Shown here in pieces: positions 17,460 through 26,595 of a DNA stretch of 64,000 bases. Made by a program: the position numbers and the translations under genes. The DNA lies in assembly GCF_020055635.1 (NCBI RefSeq), contig NZ_JAIPUT010000007.1:20544-84543 (forward strand), given 5' to 3'. The notes beneath the pieces are model-generated. The model was not told the DNA's origin, made no database searches, and saw only the letters and a program-made list of their open reading frames with translations. Position 1 is the stretch's first letter. Every line of letters begins with the position of its first letter. This DNA comes from Marivita sp. GTDB lineage: Bacteria > Pseudomonadota > Alphaproteobacteria > Rhodobacterales > Rhodobacteraceae.

Positions 17460-18815
17460 TCAAGACGCGCGCGAATACCGTACGCCTTCGGGCACGTGTT
17501 GATCCAGGACAGACGCGATGATGCGGGTCAGCGGGCGACCCTCCGGCGCGATGTGCAGGCGCGTGCCGTCCAGCGTGACGTAAGGCGCAAAGCGCGCCGC
17601 CATGGTGCCCAGTGACGGGGCAAGACCATAGGCGACCGGGCCGAACTCTGATCCCAGGTCATCCAGATCAAGCGTGAATGCACACATCAACCGTTCGATC
17701 GCCCGCGCGCGCAACTGGTCTTCGGCCGTCATGTGATAGCCGCGGGCGCCGGGAAACGCGCCGGTGTTGATCCGCTGGATGTAGGCGGCGGTCGCAGGAG
17801 CGTTCTGCACGTAGCCGTCCGGGAAGCGCGAAATCGAGGAGGCCCCGAGACCGATCAGGGTCTGGCATGTGTCGGCGGTGTAGCCCTGGAAATTCCGGCG
17901 CAGATGTCCGGTGGTCAGGGCCTGCGCGAGGTCATCCTCGGGGCGGGCGAAATGGTCGATGCCGATGGCGGTCAGGCCGGCCTCGACAAACCGCTCGGCC
18001 GCGCGGGTGGCAAGGGCATAGCGCGCCAGATCATCCGGCAGGGCGGCCTCGTCGATCAGCTTCTGCCGCTTCGACACCCAGGGAACATGCGCATAGCCGA
18101 AAAGCGCCACGCGGTCAGGCGCGAAGGTCAGGACCTTGTCGATGGTGTCTTCGATACGCGCGAGGCTCTGGTGTGGCAGACCGTAGACCAGGTCGGTGTT
18201 GAGCGACGTGACACCCGCCGCGCGCAGATCGTCGACACATGTCCGTGTCACGTCAAAGGGCTGCTCTCTCCCGATGGCCTGCTGCACTTCGGGGTCGAAA
18301 TCCTGGATCCCGATGGAGGCGCGCGTCAGACCTTCGGTGGCAAGTGCTTCAATCTTGGACCGGTCGACCATGATGGGATCGATCTCGACTGAGAACTCGA
18401 ACTCTTCGGCGGGGGGAAACACGGCCCTGATCGCCTTGGCGAGGCGGTGGATGAGCGGCGGCGGAAGGATCGTCGGTGTCCCGCCTCCCCAATGCAGCCG
18501 GCCCATGCGCAGGCCGCCCGGAATGGTTTGCCGCAGCAGCTCGAGTTCCGCCTCCAGCGTCCCGATATAGCTTTCCACCGGGCCAAGCGTCCGCGTGCCC
18601 TGGGTGTGGCAGGCGCAGAACCAGCACAAGCGTTCACAAAACGGAATGTGGATGTAGACCGAGACCGGGTCCGCCGGATCGAGCCCTTCCAGAGCGGCTT
18701 TTTGAAACGCGCCCCCGGTCTGGGGCGAGAAGACAGCCGCGGTCGGATAGGACGTGTAGCGCGGCACGCGCGCATCGAAAAGGCCAAGCGCCTTGAGTGT
18801 GTCTATGTGTTCCAT
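17460..18815 (-). CDS. hemN: Oxygen-independent coproporphyrinogen III oxidase (radical SAM) HemN
   Basis: Start taken at MEHIDTLKALGLFDARVPRYTSYPTA (CAT at 18813-18815). Radical-SAM motif IHIPFCERLCWFCAC. 451 aa. Confidence 0.9.
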   Translation of the reverse strand: MEHIDTLKALGLFDARVPRYTSYPTAAVFSPQTGGAFQKAALEGLDPADPVSVYIHIPFCERLCWFCACHTQGTRTLGPVESYIGTLEAELELLRQTIPGGLRMGRLHWGGGTPTILPPPLIHRLAKAIRAVFPPAEEFEFSVEIDPIMVDRSKIEALATEGLTRASIGIQDFDPEVQQAIGREQPFDVTRTCVDDLRAAGVTSLNTDLVYGLPHQSLARIEDTIDKVLTFAPDRVALFGYAHVPWVSKRQKLIDEAALPDDLARYALATRAAERFVEAGLTAIGIDHFARPEDDLAQALTTGHLRRNFQGYTADTCQTLIGLGASSISRFPDGYVQNAPATAAYIQRINTGAFPGARGYHMTAEDQLRARAIERLMCAFTLDLDDLGSEFGPVAYGLAPSLGTMAARFAPYVTLDGTRLHIAPEGRPLTRIIASVLDQHVPEGVRYSRAS

Positions 18816-18849
18816 GCGCTCTGTGTAAACGGGTACGAAACCCTCATCT

Positions 18850-18863
18850 TTGCACCAGATCAA
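18850..18863. promoter_or_regulatory. FNR/FnrL-type box upstream of hemN
   Basis: TTGCA-CCAG-ATCAA against consensus TTGAT-N4-ATCAA (9/10). Centred about 41 nt upstream of the hemN ATG. Confidence 0.4.
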
Positions 18864-19160
18864 ATTGCGCGATGAAAATACGCGGCCCGTCGAAGCCGTC
18901 ATCTGCCCTTGTGTCAGCCAGTGTGAGCCTGATCCGGGTCGATCTGTTGATCATGCGCGACAATATTCGCGCGATTTCGGCCATCTTGCCGGACGGCATT
19001 CGGGCCCGTTTCAATGGCGACGATCCAAAGCCCAGGCCCTATGCCGGGTCCGAAGGCACGCTGGCCTATTTTACCGGGCTTGAGTTGAGCCTTGTACATC
19101 TGCCGGGCAAAAAGGTCACTGGCATCTGCCATTTTTCCGGACTTCCCCGCGGGGGGGCCT

Positions 19161-20048
19161 CTATACGGAGCGCACGGTATTGCTGAGCGTCCCGATCCCT
19201 TCAATTTCGCAAACCACTGTGTCGCCATCCTTGAGGAATTGCGGTGGATCCATCGCGTAACCGACACCCGACGGCGTGCCCGTGGCGATCAGATCGCCGG
19301 GTTCCAGCGTCAGACCCTCGGACAGCGACGCGATCAGCGTAGGAATGTCGAAGATCATGTCTTTCGTGTTGCCGTCCTGGCGCTGGTCGCCATTGACCTT
19401 GAGGCCGATGGAAAGCGCCTGGGGATCGCTGATTTCATCGGCGGTCACGATGGCCGGGCCGATGGGACAGGATCCATCGAGACCCTTGCCCTTGAAATAC
19501 TGTCCGCCGTGGCGGCGTTGGACGTCGCGTGCGGTGACGTCGTTCAGGATCGTGTAGCCGAAGACATGGTCCATCGCGTCGGCCTTTGCGATGTTGCGCC
19601 CGGCCTTGCCGATCACCACTGCCAACTCCACCTCGTAGTCGATCGATGTCGAAACGTCCGGGAAAATCAGGACATCTCCATCCGGAGGCACGACGGACGT
19701 TGGTGGCTTGGTAAAGAAGACCGGATGTTCCGTCGCGCCGACCTTCTGGTTCTGCGCGCGGTCTCCCTCGGCAATATGCTCGGCGTAATTGCGGCCGACG
19801 CAGAAAACGTTTTTCAGCGGTTTCGGGATCGGCGCCAGAAGCGTGACAGCGTTGCGGATCGTCTTGTCTGCATGCTGGCCGTCTTCGGCCTCTGCCCACA
19901 GTTTGCGGACCGCGTCGAGCGCCGGTGTCCCGCCCTCGATCAGGGATTGCATCGTCCCCGCGGCTTGAGAGATGTCCAACATGCTGCCGTCAGACAGGTA
20001 TGCAACACAGATTGCATTGCCGCCCACGGATATCGTAGCCAATCGCAC
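19161..20048 (-). CDS. Fumarylacetoacetate hydrolase (FAH) family protein
   Basis: GTG start at 20048, preceded by GGGAGGA 7-8 nt upstream. Motifs NVFCVGRNYAEH, DYEVELAVVIGK and GDLIATGTPSGVG are typical of FAH / 2-keto-4-pentenoate hydratase-like enzymes. Confidence 0.85.
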   Translation of the reverse strand: MRLATISVGGNAICVAYLSDGSMLDISQAAGTMQSLIEGGTPALDAVRKLWAEAEDGQHADKTIRNAVTLLAPIPKPLKNVFCVGRNYAEHIAEGDRAQNQKVGATEHPVFFTKPPTSVVPPDGDVLIFPDVSTSIDYEVELAVVIGKAGRNIAKADAMDHVFGYTILNDVTARDVQRRHGGQYFKGKGLDGSCPIGPAIVTADEISDPQALSIGLKVNGDQRQDGNTKDMIFDIPTLIASLSEGLTLEPGDLIATGTPSGVGYAMDPPQFLKDGDTVVCEIEGIGTLSNTVRSV

Positions 20049-20189
20049 TCGGCGATCCTCCCTCGTTCTTGTGTCGCGCGCGTCCGGCAAGGCCTTGCCT
20101 TGCGATTCGCGGACACTCTTCTCTTCCCAGGCATGTTTCGTAGTCTCAAGGTTTCGATCAATCAACCAATCACCGGATTGGGCGGCGGC

Positions 20190-20582
20190 ATGTCCTCAAC
20201 AACCGACCTTGCGCAACGGCTGCGCGACCAGATCGACACCGCTGGATCTCGCCACAATGACTGCGTTTCGCCAGAGCGCGAACTTTGCAAGGCACTGGGC
20301 ACGACGCGCATCGAGGTCCGCAAGGCTTTGGCCGAACTCGAAGCACAGGGGTGCATCTGGCGGCATGTCGGCAGGGACACATTTGTCGGGTCACGTCCCG
20401 GTCCGAACCTTCAGGACGTCACCTATCCGGGCGACCAGATCAATCCCGCGCAGGTGGGACAATCTCGTTATCTTGACGCCCGGTTGCCAAAATTCGGACA
20501 AGTTCATGCCTCAGCTTTGGTCGACTGCTTTGACATGACCGACTCGTCCGCGAGTCCTGCCGTCGCGTGGCGGTTCGGATGA
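20190..20582 (+). CDS. GntR-family winged-helix protein lacking a recognisable effector domain (truncated)
   Basis: ATG at 20190, 130 aa. HTH ERELCKALGTTRIEVRKALAELEAQGCIWRHVGRDTFV. Only about 60 aa follow, where an FCD/UTRA domain of roughly 150 aa is expected. Confidence 0.5.
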   Translation: MSSTTDLAQRLRDQIDTAGSRHNDCVSPERELCKALGTTRIEVRKALAELEAQGCIWRHVGRDTFVGSRPGPNLQDVTYPGDQINPAQVGQSRYLDARLPKFGQVHASALVDCFDMTDSSASPAVAWRFG

Positions 20583-20607
20583 AGACGCATACTCTTGAAG
20601 GGGCATC

Positions 20608-21753
20608 ATGAAAATCCTCGCTGTCGATGACGACTTCACTGCTCTCGAAATCCTGGAACTGGCCCTGAGCGCCGCAGGCTACGATAACTTTGATCTGGCG
20701 CAGTCTCCTGGCGAAGCTCTGGCGTTTATCGCAGAGGCTGAAACCCCTTACGATTGCCTGCTGCTCGATATCGTCATGCCGGAAATGGACGGCGTCGCCC
20801 TGTGCCGCCATGTGCGCCAGATGCCGCTCTATGCACATGTTCCGATCATCATGATCACTGCGGTGCAGCACAAGGACACCCTGACAAGTGCCATCGCGTC
20901 TGGTGCGACGGATTACGTGAGCAAGCCTTTCGACGGGCTGGAACTGGTCACACGGTTGCGTGCAGCGGAATCGCTCATGAACGCAACCAAGGCGGCACAC
21001 CGGCATGCGCGCCCCAACCCGGTCAAAGCTCGGGCAGAGCGCGCATCGGCCCTGCAACTGCCGGACGCTTTCAGCCTTGAATCGAAACCGGGGCTTGTGA
21101 GCCAGGCAGATCTCGTGTGCGAATTCATGGAGACAGATCAACTCCGCCGGTCCATGCACATGTTTTCGGTCGCCGTCTCGGACGTCGAACGTCTCTGGGA
21201 CGCGTTAACAGCCACCGAGTTCCGGGCCTTCGTGAACGAACTGGCCAATTCGATTTACCATGTCACGGCGGCGTGGAATCCACGGATCAGCTATACCGGC
21301 CACGGCGTCTTCTTGGTCGCGCTCTTCGATGTCGGGTTCATATCCGCCAAGGGCATCCATAGCGTATTCAAGGCCAGCCTGGCGACAACGGCATTCCAAA
21401 CCGTCGCCGCCTGTCGCGCCGAGATAGCGCTTTGTGTCGAACATGTCCGTCTTTCGGACCCGGATGACCACCTGCGCATCAATGCCCTCTTCCAGGCCGG
21501 GACCATCGCGAGGGGCAATGCCGCCCATCGAACCACGGCCGAATGCGAGACGGACATGCGCCATCAGATCCTTGGACGAGACCAGCAATGCGTCGTCACC
21601 TCCTACGAGATTGCGTTGATGAAGGCCGCCCCGCAAAAGATCATTCCGCGGCGCATCTCCCGTGGCCAGCAGCGTGCCTCTCAGGTATCGGAAGCCTCCG
21701 CCGACAAGCGGGACGCGGCAGTCGGAAAACAGCCCTTTCTATTCGAGAGGTAA
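20608..21753 (+). CDS. Response regulator: REC domain plus a roughly 250-aa uncharacterised (degenerate GGDEF-like?) output domain
   Basis: REC: MKILAVDDDFTALEI...DCLLLDIVMPEMDGVAL...VPIIMITA...DYVSKPF. C-terminal region ...FRAFVNELANSIYHVTAAWNPRISYTGHGVFLVALFD. Confidence 0.8.
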   Translation: MKILAVDDDFTALEILELALSAAGYDNFDLAQSPGEALAFIAEAETPYDCLLLDIVMPEMDGVALCRHVRQMPLYAHVPIIMITAVQHKDTLTSAIASGATDYVSKPFDGLELVTRLRAAESLMNATKAAHRHARPNPVKARAERASALQLPDAFSLESKPGLVSQADLVCEFMETDQLRRSMHMFSVAVSDVERLWDALTATEFRAFVNELANSIYHVTAAWNPRISYTGHGVFLVALFDVGFISAKGIHSVFKASLATTAFQTVAACRAEIALCVEHVRLSDPDDHLRINALFQAGTIARGNAAHRTTAECETDMRHQILGRDQQCVVTSYEIALMKAAPQKIIPRRISRGQQRASQVSEASADKRDAAVGKQPFLFER

Positions 21754-21827
21754 TCCGGCCCGGACAGTGTCACCACCGCGAATGACGGCGCGAGTGAAGA
21801 CGCTGTCGCGCGGGCGCTCGATGCGCT

Positions 21828-22499
21828 TCAACCGGCGAGGGTGTAGCGTTGGATCAACTCGAAACGCCCATCCTCCCGCTCGCCCACCAGCGCAACCTCG
21901 TCCATCACGAAAGGCGCGGGCAGGGGGGGCAGATATGCGCTAGCGGTGTCGATCCAGTGGTCGATCTCAGTGATCGGAAGACGGCCCGTCAGGGTCAGGT
22001 GAAAGCGAAACTGCTCCATGACGTAGGGATAGCCCCACCGTTGCAGCAACGCCTCCTGGCGCTCTGACAGCCGCGCCTTGCGCCGACGCTCAAGCTCGGC
22101 CGGTGACGGCGGAGCGCGGAAGGCATCCAGCACCTCGACACAGGTCGCGGCCACGCGGGCAATCCCCGAGGTATCGCCAGACGGAGTCAACGCGAGGAAC
22201 CGACCCAGACTGGTCAGGGCCAAACCGTCGCTTTGCGCCGGACCGCAAGCCTGCGTCATCCGAGTCATCGCCACGCACAAACCCTCGAGATCCGTGCCCT
22301 CGGCCAGCCGGAACGGCGGCTTCAGCGTGCCGTGAAACCCGTATTTGCGTGGTGTCATTGTCACATCATCAAGTCCGGGCACGTCGGGCTGAACCAAGTC
22401 GCGCCCCGCGACGCAATCCCAACCCAGCCAGGCCGCCCCGAAATCGGCCAAACTGCCCTCCGGCGGCAGATAATAGATCGCAAAACGCGTATATGACAT
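21828..22499 (-). CDS. DUF1045 / 2H-phosphoesterase-like protein (phosphonate-metabolism-associated family)
   Basis: Start at MSYTRFAIYYLPPEGSLADFGAAWLGWD (CAT at 22497-22499, RBS AGGAAAGG). Two H-x-T-like motifs: FHGTLKPPF and FHLTLTG. Confidence 0.75.
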   Translation of the reverse strand: MSYTRFAIYYLPPEGSLADFGAAWLGWDCVAGRDLVQPDVPGLDDVTMTPRKYGFHGTLKPPFRLAEGTDLEGLCVAMTRMTQACGPAQSDGLALTSLGRFLALTPSGDTSGIARVAATCVEVLDAFRAPPSPAELERRRKARLSERQEALLQRWGYPYVMEQFRFHLTLTGRLPITEIDHWIDTASAYLPPLPAPFVMDEVALVGEREDGRFELIQRYTLAG

Positions 22500-22723
22500 G
22501 AACTCACCTTTCCTTTCGACCCATTTGGCAGAGGCCGATGACGGTTCCATGTCAGAGGTGCTGCATCTTGCCAATGCCCGCCTCGTTCTGCCGGATCGTG
22601 TCGTGACCAGAACCGGCGAAAGGCGTCACAGAAAGAGACGGGTCAAGATCGCCGGTTCCGCCCGGATCGCGACACACCAGACCAACATCTTCAGCTTTGC
22701 CGACCATGCCTTAAAGAAATCGC

Positions 22724-23206
22724 TCAGAGTAAGTACGCAAGTCCCGCGACGGCAAAGGGGACCGGCAGGCTGACAAGAATGCGCACCAGCGTTGCCTGGC
22801 GGCCCATGAAGGACAATTCATACGCGAAAATCTTCGTCGTCGAAAAAAGCGACCAGGACGTGACATAGGCAATCGCGGCGACCGGGGCTGCGCCTGCCTT
22901 GAGCGCCGCTGCACCGATGGCAAAACTCACAAACGCCCCACCCGGCGTCAGCGGCCCCAACGCGATCGCAAGGAACACCGCGGTGATTCCCGCTTCGGCT
23001 CCCAGAAGGCGACGCACCTGATCCTCGGGCAACAACTCGGCAAAGAACCCTGCGCCGAGCAACGCAACGAGGACACGCGGCGCGGTGAACAGGAAGGTAT
23101 CGAGCGAGGCCCGATAAGACGCGTGCCGCCATTGCGAATTGGGCAGGTAAGACCACAGCCAAAGGGCCGCTGCCCCGATCAGGACCGTTCCGATCAGGAT
23201 GTTCAT
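22724..23206 (-). CDS. Predicted permease, C-terminal half of a split pair
   Basis: Start MNILIGTVLIGAAALW. 160 aa, 4-5 TM segments. Its ATG overlaps the upstream gene stop (ATGA at 23203-23206). Confidence 0.7.
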   Translation of the reverse strand: MNILIGTVLIGAAALWLWSYLPNSQWRHASYRASLDTFLFTAPRVLVALLGAGFFAELLPEDQVRRLLGAEAGITAVFLAIALGPLTPGGAFVSFAIGAAALKAGAAPVAAIAYVTSWSLFSTTKIFAYELSFMGRQATLVRILVSLPVPFAVAGLAYLL

Positions 23207-23766
23207 GCCACGCGCCTTTGCATCACGGCGCGCGCGGCCAATCCCAGCAGAACCGGCGCAGGAAGGCTGAGCAGATAACGTGTCCAGACAAGATCCGAGG
23301 GCAGGAAAGAGAACTCCCAGATCAGGGTCCGGTTCAGCCCCAAAAGGCTCCAGCCCGAAATGAACGCGATCATCGCCCCGAGATCCGCCCCGGCGAGCGT
23401 CAATCCCGCCGCCAGGGGAAAGGTCATCATCGGCCCGCCGGGCAAGGCCGCGCCGCACGCGGCGGCCACAACAAGACCTCGCAGTCCACTTTCGCGCCCG
23501 ATCAAGCGTCCCACCCGGTCGCGGGGAAGAAGCATCGGCAGTGTCGCGGCGATGAATATCCCCGCCGCGATCTTCGGCGTCAGCAGTGCGATGAAGCGAA
23601 AGGTTTCGGCCACGATCTCGATCGTGCGGTCAAGCCCCGACGTCCAAAGGACGGCCAATCCACCGGCAAGGGTGAAGCCCAGCAGAACCAGAAGACTGCC
23701 ATCCACCACCTTGCGAGGCTTGCGCAGGGGTGGTGGATCAGCCTCGGTATTTTTCAATGAAAGCAT
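23203..23766 (-). CDS. Predicted permease, N-terminal half of a split pair
   Basis: Start MLSLKNTEADPPPLRK. 187 aa, polytopic. Shares motifs with the partner (LLP.D.V.RL.G, LPGGP / LTPGGA, W(S/E).SF). Confidence 0.7.
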   Translation of the reverse strand: MLSLKNTEADPPPLRKPRKVVDGSLLVLLGFTLAGGLAVLWTSGLDRTIEIVAETFRFIALLTPKIAAGIFIAATLPMLLPRDRVGRLIGRESGLRGLVVAAACGAALPGGPMMTFPLAAGLTLAGADLGAMIAFISGWSLLGLNRTLIWEFSFLPSDLVWTRYLLSLPAPVLLGLAARAVMQRRVA

Positions 23767-24093
23767 CGATGTCGAGTCTCCGAATGTCCGGCAGTTCACG
23801 CTCGTACGTATCGCGGGACCCGTCCCACAACGCAATCTCCCTCAGGGCTTCGGCCTGTCATTCTGAAAAGCGGCGTTTGCGCGCCGGGACGCCCCCGACA
23901 ACTGTCCAAGGTGCGACGTGCTTGGTCACAACCGCGCCAGCACCTTTACGGCGTCCGTCTCACGGCCGATCAGATTGGAATGTGCCCGCGTACACCTTTT
24001 GAATCGTGTAATTATGTTTATGTAATATACGCATTTCGGAGCCACACGCGTGGACGACTTTTTCCCCGAGCTGCGGGAGGAACCGCGTGGTTT

Positions 24094-25014
24094 CTAGGCT
24101 CGAACGGACATACCGGCTTCGGAGCCATCGTCGGGCTGGAGCCCGATGGCGGCGGCGTGTTCGATCAAAGCGTCGCGCAGGCCAACCAGAACAGTCGATC
24201 GCGACGACACCTGGCGTTGCACGAGACCGACACGGCGAAAGATTGCGCCTTCGCAGAAGGGTCTGGTGTGGAGCCTGTCGGTCCGCATGTCGAGAGTGAC
24301 GATCTTTGGCACAATGGCCACGCCAAGCCCGGCCTCGACCATGCCGACGACCGATGGCATGGTGTTTGTCACGACGATTTGCCGTGGGGTGATGCTCAGA
24401 CGCGAAAGCTCCGTTTCGATCTGGCGGGCCAACGGCACATCGGTTGCATAGCGGATGAAAGGCAGGTCGCGTAAAAGCGACAGATCGCTGCGCGACCGCT
24501 CTGTTGACGGTGCCAGAAGGACAAGCGGCTCTGTCAGAACCGTGCTCCAGGTGAGTCCGGCCGGGACGCCGACATGTTCCGCCACCATCGCAGCATCAAG
24601 ACGTCCTGCGGCGACATCCGACATCAGGGCCTGCGACATCCCGACGGTGAGTTCGAAGGCCAGATCAGGGAACTGCGGTCGCATTTTCGCGAAAGCCTGC
24701 GGTACAAGCTGCATGGAAACTGTGCGAATTGCACCGAATTTGAGCACGCCGGCAGTTTTTCTGCCCGAAACCACCATCTGGACCTCGGCCATCGTCTGCA
24801 CCACGTCCCGCGCGGCCCGCACCAGTTCCTGGCCCCGTGCATTGAGCTGCCGGGGGCGTTTCTTGCGGTCGATGAGCTCGACTCCGATATGGGTCTCAAG
24901 CGCCTGAATTTGCTGGCTTACAGCGGACGGCGTGAGATTCACGATGGCCGCTGCCCCGGCAAGACTTCCTGCGTCGGCCACGGCCACGATCGTTTGGAGT
25001 TGGCGCATATCCAT
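24094..25014 (-). CDS. LysR-family transcriptional regulator
   Basis: Start MDMRQLQTIVAVADAGSLAGAAAIVNLTPSAVSQQIQALE (LysR HTH). Divergent from the tctCBA-ggt operon. Confidence 0.9.
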   Translation of the reverse strand: MDMRQLQTIVAVADAGSLAGAAAIVNLTPSAVSQQIQALETHIGVELIDRKKRPRQLNARGQELVRAARDVVQTMAEVQMVVSGRKTAGVLKFGAIRTVSMQLVPQAFAKMRPQFPDLAFELTVGMSQALMSDVAAGRLDAAMVAEHVGVPAGLTWSTVLTEPLVLLAPSTERSRSDLSLLRDLPFIRYATDVPLARQIETELSRLSITPRQIVVTNTMPSVVGMVEAGLGVAIVPKIVTLDMRTDRLHTRPFCEGAIFRRVGLVQRQVSSRSTVLVGLRDALIEHAAAIGLQPDDGSEAGMSVRA

Positions 25015-25058
25015 GCATCTTTCTTTAAGCATCCTTTCATCAAAAGACAAAGAATATT

Positions 25059-25072
25059 CGCTTTCGAAAGCG
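25059..25072. promoter_or_regulatory. Perfect 14-bp palindrome in the lysR / tctC intergenic region (candidate LysR operator)
   Basis: CGCTTTCGAAAGCG read directly. 45 bp from the lysR start and 63 bp from the tctC ATG. Confidence 0.35.
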
Positions 25073-25134
25073 TTTGTCCCGTTCTAACCAGTTGAAGGCC
25101 CTGATGCGTGGGCACCTACAGAAAGGAATTCTTC

Positions 25135-26085
25135 ATGACCTTATTCTTGCGGACCCTCGCCGGCATTGGCCTGGCAGTTGTCGCCCTGATCCAGCCAGCC
25201 ACTGCTCAGGACTATCCCAGCAAACCCGTTGAATTCATCGTGCCGTGGGGGCCGGGCGGTGGCAGTGACACGCTGATGCGCATCGTCGCCAACAACGTCA
25301 CGCCGTTTCTCGGAGCGGAAATGCCCGTGATCAACATTCCCGGTGTCGGTGGTACCGTCGGCTTGACCGAAGCATCGCGCCGAGCGGCGGACGGATATAC
25401 GATCAGCCAGGTTCACGAAGGGCTGCTTGCGGCCACGGCCACCGGCCTGACCGAGCTGTCCTGGAGCGATTTCGACCCGATCGCACTCTTGACCGCCTCT
25501 CCGCAATATCTCGTGGCTGCGGGCGATCAGCCTTTTGACACGATGGAGGGGCTTGTAGACTATGCACAGGCAAATCCGGGCGAATTGACCATCGGCGTGA
25601 CGCTTGGCGGCGTTCCGCATCTGCACGCCGCGATGATCGCCGAGGCTTTTGAGCTTGATTGGCGCTATGTCGGCTACGAAGGCACGGGCGAGCGTGTGCG
25701 TGCGCTGGTCGGTGGCAATCTCGACCTCGCCATCGGCGATATTTCGTCGTCCTTGCAATTTGTCGAGAACGGCGATCTGGTCTTCCTGGCCACGGGATCG
25801 ACAGAGCGGCTGGAACAGACACCGGATGTTCCCACCTTCATGGAGCTTGGCGCCGATCTGGACCTGTCGATCACGCGCGGGATCGTGATGCCCAAGGGCG
25901 CGCCCGAAGACGCACAGGCCACGCTCGAGGCGGCCCTGTCCGAGCTTTCCGAGGATGGCGCCTTCATCGAACAGATCAACAATGCCGGCGCCGATGTCGC
26001 GTTCCGTGGGCGCGAGGCTTACACGGCTTACCTGTCGAACCTCGCCGGAACGGTCGAGCGTCTGGCAGCGGTCATCGCGCCTTGA
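25135..26085 (+). CDS. tctC: Tripartite tricarboxylate transporter substrate-binding protein (TctC/Bug family)
   Basis: Signal peptide MTLFLRTLAGIGLAVVALIQPATAQ, then DYPSKPVEFIVPWGPGGGSDTLMR (Bug-family signature). Confidence 0.85.
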   Translation: MTLFLRTLAGIGLAVVALIQPATAQDYPSKPVEFIVPWGPGGGSDTLMRIVANNVTPFLGAEMPVINIPGVGGTVGLTEASRRAADGYTISQVHEGLLAATATGLTELSWSDFDPIALLTASPQYLVAAGDQPFDTMEGLVDYAQANPGELTIGVTLGGVPHLHAAMIAEAFELDWRYVGYEGTGERVRALVGGNLDLAIGDISSSLQFVENGDLVFLATGSTERLEQTPDVPTFMELGADLDLSITRGIVMPKGAPEDAQATLEAALSELSEDGAFIEQINNAGADVAFRGREAYTAYLSNLAGTVERLAAVIAP

Positions 26086-26591
26086 GCACGACAGACGAAC
26101 AGATCGGGACCGGAGGGTCGGGCGACATCGCCCGGCTCTTGTCCTATGTCGCACTGCTTGCGGCATCGGCTGGTCTTTTCCTCGAGGCCAGCACCATGCC
26201 GACATCGCGGTTCGAAGTTCTGGGTGCAGGGGCGTTTCCCATGCTGGTGCATGGCGCGCTGATCCTGTTGCTGACCGGATCCATCATCGGGTCGCTGCGC
26301 AAGATTCCGGCGGATGCCTACGGGCGCTTTGCCGCTGACGTGGTCGCGTGGGGCAAGGCAAAACGCCTTGTCTTCGTGGTCTTCGCCGGGCTTGGCCTTT
26401 ACGTGGCGGTCATGCCTGTGATCGGCTACACGTCTTCGACGTTTCTGTTCCTCATCACCTTGCTGGTCACCCTGGCGCCCAAGACCCGCACGGCCCTTGT
26501 CGTCGCTCTGGTTCTGGCGCTGGTCTTCTCGTTCGGCCTGAACTGGCTCTTTGCCGAAGTCTTCAACGTCTTCCTGCCAAGGGGAAACTAG
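26082..26591 (+). CDS. tctB: TTT small membrane subunit (TctB family); start uncertain
   Basis: In-frame TTG at 26082 overlaps the tctC stop. 4 TM segments (LLSYVALLAASAGLF..., FPMLVHGALILLL..., LVFVVFAGLGLYVAVMPVIGY..., LVVALVLALVFSFGLNWLF). Confidence 0.65.
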   Translation: MSTTDEQIGTGGSGDIARLLSYVALLAASAGLFLEASTMPTSRFEVLGAGAFPMLVHGALILLLTGSIIGSLRKIPADAYGRFAADVVAWGKAKRLVFVVFAGLGLYVAVMPVIGYTSSTFLFLITLLVTLAPKTRTALVVALVLALVFSFGLNWLFAEVFNVFLPRGN

Positions 26592-26595
26592 GCTC

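Noticed and set aside
19092-20189. The first 366 codons of the 496-aa plus-strand ORF 19092-20582
   Set aside because: This part is antisense to the well-supported FAH-family gene. Only the last 130 codons, from ATG 20190, show a real domain (GntR HTH).
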